DNA of 63,291 bases, filler included, from Globobulimina sp. (GCA_003354225.1; 41 parts of 41 records of this genome joined end to end with filler, not necessarily neighbours in it), one strand, 5' to 3'; counted from the first letter of the whole stretch, positions 10,830-22,914 are shown. Made by a program: numbers and translations. Notes: generated by a model from the sequence alone, not told the origin.

Positions 10830-11147
10830 CATAACACCGGACAATAAATATATGGACCAAAATAAACATGAACTTTTCCATTTATTTTCTTTATTTAAAT
10901 ATGCAATCATGCGGTGGCAACATGGAATAAAACTCAATGTATTGGCTAATAGATGCTCTCGGTCGTTGTGCAGCAAATTGGCTGTTAGCAATGTATAATA
11001 TTGTCCTTTATCGATTGCATGTTTTGAGAATCCATATTGATTTGGGTCAATGAAGCCGTCAAATAGATGTTTATGAACTACATAAAATGCAACAGAATGT
11101 GGTGTTCCATACACAAAGAAATTCCGGATATCTTTACCGACACTCAT
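10830..11147 (-). CDS. Rhomboid-family intramembrane protease, N-terminal part
   Basis: GQYYTLLTANLLHNDREHLLANTLSF (H-x4-H-x3-N) and FWSIYLLSG. Confidence 0.75.
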
Positions 11148-11582
11148 GCTTTTGCAGTTGCTCGATCACAACAATGAAATTAGCGAAATATGTCGTGATT
11201 GGATTTCAAGGTTTTTTTTATGTCAGACTTCAACTATTGAGCTAATTTTAATTTTGGTGATCGGATTTCAACTTTTTCAGTTGATCGTTCACCACAATAA
11301 ATCAGCTCAATAGTTGACTGCAGTGCGGTGTGTCTGCAGTGGAATGCGCGAAATGGGTTTATGTTAAGTCACTGTGTTACAAACCAAAACATCAACACTG
11401 GTAATCGAAAATAACACAAAAAAACAATTTTGTAGTTGCAATAATAGAAACAAGCAATGTTGAAAACAGTCATGGGAAACATCATTATTTTTCATTTGTT
11501 TTTTTTCCCATTTGAAATACTGCACTGTATTAATTGCAGCAAGTTTGGATGAGCATATTTTACTAAATTGACTTTTTTATGT

Positions 11583-12276
11583 TTATGCAATATTTAAATT
11601 TTGTTTCTTCCACATTTCAATTTCCGCATTCAACTCTTTACACTGCACAATATCACTTAAATCAGTATATCGATGAGTCATTGGATCAGATTTATTCTCT
11701 TCAATATATTGTGTAATAAAGGATTTATTATAAATATATCCAGATTGCATTACTTTTACTGCATCCTCCATTAATTCAAATAAAATGGGATCCACATATT
11801 GTATTGGAATGTCATCCGCTTTCATTTGATTTGCTATCAAATTATCAAAATTATCATTCATAACAACCTCGGATATTGCATTTAAAATTATGTCCTGAGT
11901 CACATCATTTATTCCCATCATTTGCAGTGTAATATTATTAATTGACTGCAAATCACAACCTTTAAGTTTTCCGATAACAATATGCTTCCTTAAATCCATA
12001 TATCTCACACCATTAAACATGTTATCATTCACTCGATTCAACCAATAAATAATTGCATAATGATTCCAATCATTCACACAAACTCTCTCAATTTTAATAT
12101 TAATATTGTCATTATTCAATTGCAATGCTCCACATTCCATTTTATGTATTTCCCAATGATGTAATTGACATTTCTTATCACAATAAAATGATGATTTACA
12201 TTTACTGCATCTCCAAACATCTTTATTCCTCAAATCAATATTACAATTTGAACAATTTAACATCACTCTCTCTGCT
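11583..12276 (-). CDS. MYND zinc finger - SAM - U-box protein (5' possibly truncated)
   Basis: CSNC...RCSKCKSSFYCDKKCQLHHWEIHKMEC; VNDWN..AIIYWL...KLKGCDL...LQMMGI...IILNAI; IPIQYVDPILFELMEDAV...SGYIYNKSFI...DPMT...ELNAEIEMW. Confidence 0.85.
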
Positions 12277-12376
12277 NNNNNNNNNNNNNNNNNNNNNNNN
12301 NNNNNNNNNNNNNNNNNNNNTTAATTAATTAANNNNNNNNNNNNNNNNNNNNNNNNNNNNNNNNNNNNNNNNNNNN

Positions 12377-13823
12377 TTACATATGATGAATATACAGACC
12401 CCCCCATCCCACAAACCAAATAACAAAAATCAGATTAGATATAAACCACATCAAAAACTACCACATCGAGAATAAATTCAACACCAAATATGTGTGGATA
12501 GCCGGAGGGGACTTAAACGCAACTTCAGTCAGAATTGGTCAAACCAGGGACAAAAACACCAACTTAGATGACAGATGGAAACAGGGAAACGATCTGATTG
12601 AATATATCGATGAAAATGATATCCAAATATTAAACAATGGACAAATAACGCATACAAACAGAGTCACAAAAAAACACAACAGAATTGACTGGACATTGGC
12701 ACACAAAGAAGTAAACACAAACAACTTGAATTGGCGTACAATAAAAATGCAAAATCGCTCAACTAATAAAACTAAATAAATTCCCAATCCGGGTCGCAAA
12801 GTGTCTCCAAACCCCAATCTGAATCATACCAATCACTCCAAAACAACCGTTTGCTGCATAGTCTGACAACAAATATCATCGAGTTTCAAGTGACGAGATG
12901 TAAACTCGTGAAATATTTTAATTCTACGCACCAACAAATCATCCAACAATCGTCAAATCACATTTTAAACTGTCTCAACTATAATTTTTATAATACTTTT
13001 AATATTAATATTAATAATTTTAAAATATTTATCATCGGACTTATCTGGCTCTATTCATTAGATATCCTACTTTTTATCATTAGGCATCAACTAAATAAGC
13101 CAACGTCTATCCGATGCAAACCGAGAACCATCATAAACAACAAAATTATCAACAAATCAAACATAAATAATGTATTATTTAATTTAATTTTATTTAATCA
13201 AAATGTAAACAACAAATTAATTTCAACCAATCACAAATCGATACCATCAGCTACAATAAAAATCATCCAGATCAAAATAATTAGACATAGGAAGGAAGTG
13301 TTTAAAGGATAATCGCACTCAATCACAATAAAAAGAATCTGGATAGAAACGTAGCGAATGGTATCAATATCAACCAATCTAATAACTCAATCAAATTAAA
13401 TGAAGAAATAGCAATTAATTACACAAAAAACATCAATTGGAATACGAATAAGAATAACATAAATGTGATACAATGGAATTGTGATAATTTGCAGGGGAAA
13501 ATCCCTTTTCTTTGCAACATCGCCAAGGAATATAATGCATTGATAATACTATTAAACGAACCGTATAAATGGTATAAGGTAAAAATAGATGGAATATGGA
13601 AAAATAGGACAAAAAAACATGAACTACCTCCAATCCATGGATTTCAAGGATATTCTGACTTCTATGGATCATCAGGAATCTACGTACATACTTCAATCAA
13701 ACACGAACCAGTTGACCCCCTTCCAACTAAACAATCAATAAATAATGATCTAAATTCTTCAATATATTCAACTTGGGTCAGATTGACCAGCTCTCAAATC
13801 TCAGAACCCCAGCTCCGAGATAA
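12377..13823 (+). mobile_element. Non-LTR retrotransposon (LINE-like) APE endonuclease fragments, rearranged/degenerate
   Basis: 12390..12779: IYRPP...WIAGGDLNA...QGNDL...ILNNGQITH...IDWTL; 13465..13823: VIQWNCDNL...IILLNEP...SGIYVH. Confidence 0.8.
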
Positions 13824-13954
13824 NNNNNNNNNNNNNNNNNNNNNNNNNNNNNNNNNNNNNNNNNNNNTTAATTAATTAANNNNNNNNNNNNNNNNNNNNN
13901 NNNNNNNNNNNNNNNNNNNNNNNACCTAATTAACCTATATTATTTTTACCTTTA

Positions 13955-14638
13955 TCATCGTTTTTGAATTGAACCATTCAATATATTCCATTTATTATCG
14001 TTTTTGGTAAAATCTAAACTGTATATTTTATGGCTGGCGCTTTGAATATATTCCATATCACAAAATGTATTCATTGCATATAATATTTGTTGTTTACAAT
14101 TAAATGTAATGGCAGTAGGTTTCTGTGATAATTTAGAAGATGGTGTCAATGGAAACGATGGCAATGCAAATGTATGTACACCATATGTTTCTTGATTTGT
14201 TGTTAAAGAGTGCGGAAACGCATTTAATTCACACATTTGTGAACCAATTTGGACAGTTAGTGACCATTGGTTTGACTGTATTTGCGTTGGAGATAACGGA
14301 TTCATACTATCTGTTAAACATTTATTTTGTATTTGTATTGGTAATGCATGGTTGTTTATGGTATATTTTATGCCATCATTGTTTTCGAAATTTTCATTGT
14401 AATTACTAGTATATGTTTTATACGATTCTGTCTGCGCGTTTATTACATTAACTAGTTCCATTTCACGTACAGAGGACGTATAATTATACGCTATATACAT
14501 ATTAATTGGTAATGTGTAAAATGTAGTGTAATACTGCTTAATGAGTATTATTACGTCCAATGGGATTTCATGCAGTCGTTTGCATAATGCATACACTAAT
14601 AATTCAAATAATGTCTGTTGTGCCATTTTTCGTTGCAT
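13955..14638 (-). CDS. Hypothetical protein with N-terminal LLVY...IPLDVIILIKQYY (F-box-like) motif
   Basis: 227-aa ORF; N-terminal motif followed by a beta-rich region. Confidence 0.5.
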   Translation of the reverse strand: MQRKMAQQTLFELLVYALCKRLHEIPLDVIILIKQYYTTFYTLPINMYIAYNYTSSVREMELVNVINAQTESYKTYTSNYNENFENNDGIKYTINNHALPIQIQNKCLTDSMNPLSPTQIQSNQWSLTVQIGSQMCELNAFPHSLTTNQETYGVHTFALPSFPLTPSSKLSQKPTAITFNCKQQILYAMNTFCDMEYIQSASHKIYSLDFTKNDNKWNILNGSIQKR

Positions 14639-14704
14639 AAAATAAAAAACAAAGAGACTCGAGTTATAACAACAAAATTAATACTACAAAATAAAACTAA
14701 CAAA

Positions 14705-15304
14705 ATGCAATATCTTGTGTTTTTTATCTTGATTACATTTCTAAATTATGAAGCTATGGCAACTGCATTGTTGCAAAGATTGTTGAATCAATATTCCGGC
14801 ACATCAGATATAGATAACAATTATATGCAAAATGATGATTATTCATACAAACAAAATTATGAGGATATGGAGCATATTTATGATAATTACATGGAAATAT
14901 ATAATGATTGGATGCAACAAATGAATGATTATGATATGAAAAGATACGATGAGGTTACAATGGATGATGAAATGCTGTATAATTATTTGGATGAAATTTC
15001 TGATATTCTATACAATAACTTATTGTTATATGCTTATTTGGATGATACTGAGTGGTTAAATGATGGAGATGGAAGCAATGCTAATTCAAGAAAAAAATTT
15101 AAAAAAATCAATACATTTAACACTCTAATTAATGATTACTATAAGTATGGACTGTATGGTAATATACCGTATAATTATGATTTCCCACCAGATTCTGATG
15201 AATGGAACACAAAGTCTTATGACGAATATTATTATTACGATCCAGAGTATCGAGATGCAGTGACTCATTTTAATCGTGCAATGAATACTTATGATTATAA
15301 ATAA
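14705..15304 (+). CDS. Secreted Tyr/Asp/Asn-rich acidic protein (199 aa)
   Basis: Signal peptide MQYLVFFILITFLNYEAMA; about 30 Tyr; complete ORF ending TAA. Confidence 0.65.
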   Translation: MQYLVFFILITFLNYEAMATALLQRLLNQYSGTSDIDNNYMQNDDYSYKQNYEDMEHIYDNYMEIYNDWMQQMNDYDMKRYDEVTMDDEMLYNYLDEISDILYNNLLLYAYLDDTEWLNDGDGSNANSRKKFKKINTFNTLINDYYKYGLYGNIPYNYDFPPDSDEWNTKSYDEYYYYDPEYRDAVTHFNRAMNTYDYK

Positions 15305-15470
15305 ATGTATTAATGTAACAAAAATGAATTTATGTTAACGTTTTTCTACGTCGGAGATCTTGCTAAAAGTNNNNNNNNNNNNNNNNNNNNNNNNNNNNNN
15401 NNNNNNNNNNNNNNTTAATTAATTAANNNNNNNNNNNNNNNNNNNNNNNNNNNNNNNNNNNNNNNNNNNN

Positions 15471-16917
15471 CAAAGATCGCTGGCTTTGTTGAAATATTTG
15501 GATGGGAATTGGGTGGAGTTAAAGGAAAATCATTTCGCAGCAGCTTGGTCTGACGATGAGGAAAAGAAAGAAAACAAACAACAGAAAGCTGTGTTGCAGA
15601 AAGAATGGGATTTATTTATAAACAAATTAGAAAATATACATTGGGTTCCCATCGCCGCCGATCCTCCGCATCCGGCATTGGTTTGGAAATGGAATAAGTT
15701 GCCAGATAATGATATAAATAAATACTTTGCGCGACCCACACATGTATGCTGTAAGGATTTAGCGTGGATGGTCTCTGCTACTTATCCGACTATGCCTTTT
15801 CAGTTGAAATGTAACGAATTAATTGCTGATTTATCGTGGAATACGCCATTGGTTCACGACTTAGTTGCAAATCAATTGAAATATGAAGGGATTTATATAA
15901 ATGATTTGAAATCAAGGAATTTTATTCAACCACAATCAGAACAACGACTGATTGAACAAAATAAATTATATTACACTCAATTAAATAAATGGATATATAA
16001 TGAGGAGAAATATGATAAGGAAGTAATGGATGATATATATCACATATTGAACAATGCACCGGTTGTATTTGTGGATGCAGTCACTGGATATTTGCCCAGT
16101 CATCGGGTGGCATTAAGTGCAAATTGCGATGCCAGGCCGTATTTAATTACATTGGATGAAGAATTATTGAAAGAGTTTCCATATTTATTCAACGAATGTC
16201 TACAAATTAAATCACAGTTTGATATTGTTGATTATGTGACGGTTTTACAGGAGTTATCGGTCAAATATCGCAGCAAAAAGTTGCCTGATACGGATTTAAA
16301 TAAAGTCATTGTGATATTGCAGTATTTGGGTGAAACAATGTTGAACGAATCGAATGAATCTTCTCCGGTAAAGAGCTCGGTTGATGTGGATAACGACGAA
16401 GAAGAGAAAAAAGATATGATTGAAAGCGATGATAGCAACGATATGACCGACACATCCTCGGTACCAATTTACCAGCGGCATGGTCCGATTTATATGCCCG
16501 ATACGAATGGAATACTTCACGAATCCACGAAAATGGTATTTAATGACGCACCGTGGTTACAGTCAACCTCTTCAACAAAGAATCTTATATTTGTACATGA
16601 CAAAATTACAGAAATCGCAGCTCGCAAATTGGGGGTTAACTCATTCCGCGATGTATTCAGTACAAATAAAACGCCGTCGCAAAAATATAATTGTACGGGA
16701 GCTTATGTCATAAAAAAGAAACTGCAAATCGATAAGTTAGGTCAAGTCGATATTAACGCGGATAACAAACAGGAAGAGAAGGAAGAAAAAAAAGAAAATG
16801 TGGACGACATAGCTGCAGCGGATATAGATCCAAATACATTGCTGTCGAATATTATATTGAGTATGTTTGAGATTGCGGATATTTTAGAATCGCGTCATTT
16901 TGAGCTATGTATTGATA
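15471..16917 (+). CDS. Sacsin-like protein, internal fragment of sacsin repeating region
   Basis: WVPI..DPPHPAL.W; LVANQL; DARPYLITL; IYMPDTNGIL...MVFNDAPWL...FVHDKIT...ARKLGVNSFR. Confidence 0.8.
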
Positions 16918-17136
16918 NNNNNNNNNNNNNNNNNNNNNNNNNNNNNNNNNNNNNNNNNNNNTTAATTAATTAANNNNNNNNNNNNNNNNNNNNNNNNNNN
17001 NNNNNNNNNNNNNNNNNTTATCGAAACTGGAGTCGAAAACTGTTTCCCACAAACATAAAATGAGTTTACTAAATCCGTGTTTTAAATTTGTGTGCGAGGA
17101 TAATTAACTATTTTTTACATTTCTTTTTATGTTTTT

Positions 17137-17940
17137 TTAGGCCTTTTTTGGTTGCAACATTTTGAGAATTTGTGTTTGTTTCATTCCTTTGTGTGTTCTT
17201 TTATGCTTTGAAAGAGTATCTTTTCGCTTGAATGCTTTCTCACAAATATCACATTTAAATGGTCTCTCATCTGAATGCATTCGATAATGTCTTTTCAAAT
17301 CATATTTACCATAAAATTGTTTGTGACAAATATCACATTCAAATCTTTTCTCTTTGTTATGAATGGAACGAATATGTTTTGTTAAATGACTATTCATTTT
17401 AAATGATAAATCACATTGATTGCATTGATATGGTTTACTAATACTATGCGCATATTTAATATGACCATGTAAACCATGTTTTTGTTTGAATGCTTTATTA
17501 CAGAATGAACATTTAAAGGATCGCTCTTCTTTATGAATTAGACAATGAATTTTCCAATGTCCTTTATGATAAAACTGTTTTCCGCAGACATCACATTTAC
17601 AATTTACTTGATTCAAATGTTTCTTTTTAATATGTTCTTTAACACTTCTTTTTGAACCATATGATTTATCGCATTGATTGCATTTAAATGCTTTTCTTAT
17701 GCCATGTTCATTGAACATATGAGTTTCAAAATCAATCGCAAACAGAAATCCTTGCTGACACTCAATACATTCCATATTATATCTTACCACATTGTTTCCA
17801 TTTTGTTGAGGTTCTTCTTTTGATTCTAAAGCATTTTCTTGGTTTATAGTATCATTATTTTCAACAATATTCGTATTTTCATTATTTTGTGGAGGTTCCA
17901 TTGATTCTTGTTTTATTATTTGAGGACAGTTATAATTCAT
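17137..17940 (-). CDS. C2H2 zinc-finger protein (7 fingers)
   Basis: Tandem CxxC-x12-H-x3/4-H units with HSDERPF-type linkers. Confidence 0.95.
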   Translation of the reverse strand: MNYNCPQIIKQESMEPPQNNENTNIVENNDTINQENALESKEEPQQNGNNVVRYNMECIECQQGFLFAIDFETHMFNEHGIRKAFKCNQCDKSYGSKRSVKEHIKKKHLNQVNCKCDVCGKQFYHKGHWKIHCLIHKEERSFKCSFCNKAFKQKHGLHGHIKYAHSISKPYQCNQCDLSFKMNSHLTKHIRSIHNKEKRFECDICHKQFYGKYDLKRHYRMHSDERPFKCDICEKAFKRKDTLSKHKRTHKGMKQTQILKMLQPKKA

Positions 17941-18244
17941 ATTTGTAACAACTCCCAGTGTTTGTACTATTGCGTTTTTTAGCTGTTTGTTGTTGACAGG
18001 ATTAGCTGAATAGAAATTGACTAATTTTTGGCTTTCAACGCTGCTAATTTGGAAATAGGCCTCTCCGATAAGTACTGAATTTAAAAAACTTTGTCAAAGA
18101 CACTTTCTCATAAAAAACTTTGTCCACCAATAAATTCACCTCATAAAAAAACACCTAAAATCCACATAAAATCCGCATAAAATTACCCTATAATAACCAT
18201 ATTATAATAAACATTTCAAACAAAGCAAACAAAGCTTTGAAAGC

Positions 18245-18464
18245 ATAGCAGACGAAGTGAAGGAATATCCTCTTTCCAGCAACAACTCACTTAAATATTC
18301 AGTCAAATCGCGGCCCGCTAAGCCCAACCTTTGAACGGCATGCGGCAAACAATATCCTTCATAGATGGGCACAGAGTGTGTTACGCTGTCACCAGAATCC
18401 AATACAATGCCGGTGGTCCGACCCATGCATATAAGCTTAACACTGCTTGGATTTGAACATAAAA
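18245..18464 (-). pseudogene. ACT: Actin fragment, frameshifted and broken off
   Basis: [13 protein letters not shown] / 1-nt deletion / [44 protein letters not shown]...[10 protein letters not shown], then unrelated sequence. Confidence 0.85.
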
Positions 18465-18564
18465 NNNNNNNNNNNNNNNNNNNNNNNNNNNNNNNNNNNN
18501 NNNNNNNNTTAATTAATTAANNNNNNNNNNNNNNNNNNNNNNNNNNNNNNNNNNNNNNNNNNNN

Positions 18565-19353
18565 TGCAAACAAAACAAACAAATCATTGATATCTGGAAA
18601 AGAAAACTTTAAAAATTGATGATTTCCATCTGTATAATAACTAAAATACCCAATTTGGTGCATTAAGTGCACTCTTTGAATGGCCGTGGCTCTGTTTGCC
18701 GCAGTATAAAAATGTTGATCTGAGGTCATGTCTGAACGGAATTGTTTTGAAAATGTGCCATTTAAATAAATCGCATTGATTGCTACCAAACGCCACGTCG
18801 AAATATCTTCATTTTCACCGATTATGTTTTCAATTAAACCATTTGTGTTTTGATTGACCCAGTCATTGATTACTTGGCTGGCATTATTTGCGGCAAAATC
18901 AAAATCATAATCAATGAATGATTGCTGTCCGTCATTCAAAGCTGAAATATATGTTGCTTTTAAAGTTAATGATTTTGAGGCATAGATTTTATTTGCTATG
19001 CCAATGAGTGATGCTTTGTTATAATAGTTTTCTTGTTTTATCCCATTGTATGTACTGTGAATTAATGATTGTAAACTAAAAAATTGTTGCGTGACTTGCG
19101 CAGTGGTAGAATTTAATGGGTATCCCAATACATTTGCAATTTCTGTTTGCGTGTTGCCGTTGCTGCCGGCATAAAGTAAGGCGAAACATGATGATATGCA
19201 AAACGGTGATATCCACACATTTGTTGATGAATCTGTGGATAATTGTTGTGCTAAATTATAGCCAAACTCGTTGCTTCCTGAAACTAAGTCTGAATTCTCC
19301 ACAGATTTAAGACAAGGAAATAACAACGCTAAAAACAGTAAAATCTGTGCCAT
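18565..19353 (-). CDS. Secreted serpin (N-terminal two thirds)
   Basis: Signal peptide; SNEFGYNL, NVWISPFCISSCFALLYAGSNGNTQTEI, INDWVNQNTNGLI, LVAINAIYLNGTF, VHLMHQ. Confidence 0.92.
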
Positions 19354-19439
19354 GAATGATAGTATAAAGTAAGATTTTCAATATTAAAAACTTCACATTA
19401 CAAACTAAAAAGTGTCCACATTGCCAACTAATCTGTGCC

Positions 19440-19892
19440 ATGACAAAGTGTCCACATTGCCAATCTACGAACATCAGATATCGATATTACAGCAGTAGCT
19501 CTTGGACGTCCACCTGGAAGTGTGATATTTGCAAAGATGAGATTTATTCAGGGCAAAATTATTATCATTGTCGTCCATGCTGTGATCGAGGAGGATCAAG
19601 CCACGAACCAGAAGTTAAAAGATGTTCTGGAATGTATTGTACATATTGTGTGAATAAGAAAAATGATGCATGGGAGAAAGAAAAAAGAGACTTACAAAAA
19701 AAAGCAGATGACGCACAACGTGCTTTGCAAGATGAAAAGACTCGAATTAAAGAAATCGCAGATGAAAGGAAAGAAACAGCAAAAGTAACATTACAGAAAT
19801 CAAATACGTTTATAAATACGTGTGAGAATACAGTAGCACAGTTACAAGCATTTGACAACGACTCAAAAGAACAAGAACCTGATATTCTTTAG
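19440..19892 (+). CDS. Cys-rich zinc-binding (ZZ/C1-like) plus coiled-coil protein
   Basis: CPHC, WKCDICK...YYHCRPC, YCTYC, then a charged helix. Confidence 0.5.
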   Translation: MTKCPHCQSTNIRYRYYSSSSWTSTWKCDICKDEIYSGQNYYHCRPCCDRGGSSHEPEVKRCSGMYCTYCVNKKNDAWEKEKRDLQKKADDAQRALQDEKTRIKEIADERKETAKVTLQKSNTFINTCENTVAQLQAFDNDSKEQEPDIL

Positions 19893-20353
19893 TCGTTTAG
19901 AATTAATACAGGTACCACTATATGTACACATTTCTCTTTACTTTGTTGCAGACCTGGTCCGGGATTCAATCGATGACCGAATTATCAAGCGGAACACATT
20001 GAAGGTCAAGANNNNNNNNNNNNNNNNNNNNNNNNNNNNNNNNNNNNNNNNNNNNTTAATTAATTAANNNNNNNNNNNNNNNNNNNNNNNNNNNNNNNNN
20101 NNNNNNNNNNNCAATGTATATCACGCATGCTTATGATAACCATATTTAGCATGGCATATCACATTTGGAGTATTTATTTTGTTTATTTTATTTATGGACA
20201 TCACAATCAAACTCTATCATAGCACACACACGCCCCAGGCTGGCCGCTCAATGATACAAAGTTATCTATGTCGCACTGACATCGGATTTAAACCGTCTAT
20301 CAAGTGACATTTTTATTTAGGTTGGGTTGGGTTGGTTAGTTTGTCTACTGTTT

Positions 20354-20651
20354 CTATGGCAAGCTACGCCCAGCGTACTCCCATTTACTTATTAGGCAAG
20401 CTATGGTAAGCTACGCCCAGCGTATTTCCATATCACTTGCGCACCCCACTGGTGCTGGATTAAACCACAGGGGAATACTACCCCACATCAAACAATCACA
20501 GGGAATTTCACCACCGTTAACGGTATCGTTTGTGTATACGCAGAGATTATATCATGCGTTTATTGGTACCTTGGCCATTGGGAATTCTACCCAAACATCA
20601 AACAATCACTGGGAATTCTACCACCGTTCTTACTAACGGTATTGTTTGTGT
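20354..20651. repeat. Two pairs of imperfect direct repeats (24 bp: 20354..20377 / 20401..20424; about 65-70 bp: 20471..20535 / 20580..20651)
   Basis: CTATGG(C/T)AAGCTACGCCCAGCGTA twice; GGGAAT.CTACCC..ACATCAAACAATCAC.GGGAATT..ACCACCGTT..AACGGTAT.GTTTGTGT twice. Confidence 0.85.
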
Positions 20652-21834
20652 TTTTGCATATTTATGCATTCGTGCACCTTGTTTTTAATGTTATTTTTAT
20701 CACATGTTTCTCCGGAAACGTTTTCATCATTTTATGCATTTTTTATTATACTTATAAGTTATTTTAGTTTGGTTGCTTATGTATGCTTATTATACTTATA
20801 AGTTATAATTTGTACATTATACATTGTACTTACATGATGTTATTTAATAGTTTCTCATGCTTTACGTGTTTAATTTAATTTATTTATAGTTTGTCACACG
20901 TTTGATCTAACCTTGCTTTCAAGGTAGTCACAGCAGAAATAGATGAGGGTGACCGAACGGCAGAGCTCTACTCTCTAGGTCTAGTCTAGTCTTAAGCGTA
21001 ACGTTACTTACGGTTTAATGTATATACATATTACTTATGCATATATGCTCTTATAGGTACCGTTTTTAGATATTTAACTTATTCCTCTCTTCTTTATATA
21101 GCGCTTCTTCTCCTCGTGAATATTTCGAACACTTGACCCCCCAAATGTGGAGACTCCTCTGGTGGTGTCGACTAACTTGTTGGAGGAATTACTTGATTTA
21201 GATAACGTTTCTAGGTTTTTACTAAGTCCCAAGTAACAATTACAAAACAATCACAAACAAGTCGTTAAGTCAAGGCACGGCATCCACATCACCCCTTTCT
21301 TTAAAGGAACATAGTCAGTGAAGTGATCATCTGCCTCCGGAATGACACTAATTGGTCAACAATATCCTATACGTTCATACTATTTATATTCTTTCTTATT
21401 ATTCAAATATAAATATGTTTGTGATTGATATATTTGTTGTGTTTCCGATGTTGTTTGTTGCAAATGCTTGCGTTAATTATTTGTCTTGTACCGATGCAGT
21501 TAAATCATCCACCGAGGTAAACCACCCAGATAGTACAACATCCAAATCAGATAAAACNNNNNNNNNNNNNNNNNNNNNNNNNNNNNNNNNNNNNNNNNNN
21601 NTTAATTAATTAANNNNNNNNNNNNNNNNNNNNNNNNNNNNNNNNNNNNNNNNNNNNTATTTTTATTGAAAGTCATTTGAAAGAGGAACAGCCATTTCCC
21701 TAAAACATAGCAGCAGTAAAACAAAAAAGACGTCTGATACAAATTTCTTTAGTCACAAAAAAAGAAATATTCAAACAAGATGAAATTTACAAGACACAAA
21801 AACAAAAACAATTAAAATAAGACACAAAAATTAA

Positions 21835-22910
21835 TCAGGCCCAAATCCTGATGGTTTTATCCCAACATCCGGTAGCAACACAATATCCATTTGGCTGTGT
21901 TTGTATGGCACTCACTTTCACATCGTGTTGCAACTCCTTTTCGATCCGCGCAGTCATAGTATTCCATGCGATACAGAATGGCTCCTCGTCGTCGTACCCT
22001 GCACATAAATAATATCCACTTTTGCTGAAATCCATCGATATCGGGCCAGATCGCACACTCTCATTATGATATTCATTTATTTCTTGACACGCTTTTAAGT
22101 CGAATAATTTTATTTTGTTGTCATCAGCGCCACTCGCAAAAGCATCGCCGTCCACGAAAAATTTGATACAATTTATATCGCCGCTGTGCTGTTTAAATGT
22201 GAATAGCGATTTGTTCCCTTGCCGATAATCCCATACTTTGGCCACAGAATCGATGGAACCGGACACAAATATCGATTTCTCCCGATTCACATCGATGCAT
22301 TCGATATCGCCGCTGTCTCCCATAAATGTATCTAATTTGGCGGATTTCTCAATATCCCACAAAATACAGCAGCCGTCGCCGGAGGAGGATAAAACGCGAT
22401 TATTGTCAATGAACTGCACTGCAGATATATAGCCTTCGTGTTCGATCAACTCTCGATGCGGTTTGTCGCTGTACCAGCCACTGTCGTTTATGGCAGAGAT
22501 GTCATAAATGCTACAAATTGAATCTAAACCGCCAGAGATTACGAATTTATTATTTAATGAATAGGCGCAGGTCATCACCCACGATGACGACAAACCGATT
22601 GCTATCTTCTTATTTGATGTTTCTGTGCTCCATATCAATAATTTGCCATCTTGTGAGGCTGAGACAAGGTCAATGCATGAACCGTACGACCAATGTAATG
22701 CATATATTTTACCTGTATATCAAACGAATGCTACATACAATATAACATATAAAAATTTATATTTGTACCAAAATGTCCCTCCAATTTACGTTGAACTCGC
22801 CAAGATGGTGAAGGAGTTAATGTGTATAAATTGTTTCCGTTTTGTTTTTGCGTTGCTGTGCTTGATAAAACATTGGTGTTCATGTTGCTGATTTTTTGTT
22901 GGATTATAGT
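21835..22910 (-). CDS. GNB: Heterotrimeric G-protein beta subunit (WD40), intron 22713..22768
   Basis: RKLEGHFG|KIYALHW...LVSASQDGKLLIW, SSWVMTCAY, SGGLDSICSIY, HEGYIS, SSSGDGCCILWD, ATGCWDKTIRIWA*. Confidence 0.93.
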
Positions 22911-22914
22911 ATAT

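Noticed and set aside
12384-12389. TGA TGA before IYRPP, with the GH27 TGA and the two TAA at 2263/2272, as evidence of an alternative genetic code
   Set aside because: TAA and TGA terminate conserved genes here (G-beta ends in TGA; SPRY and U-box genes in TAA), conserved Trp/Cys/Gln use standard codons, and the stops lie in a decayed element or local duplications.
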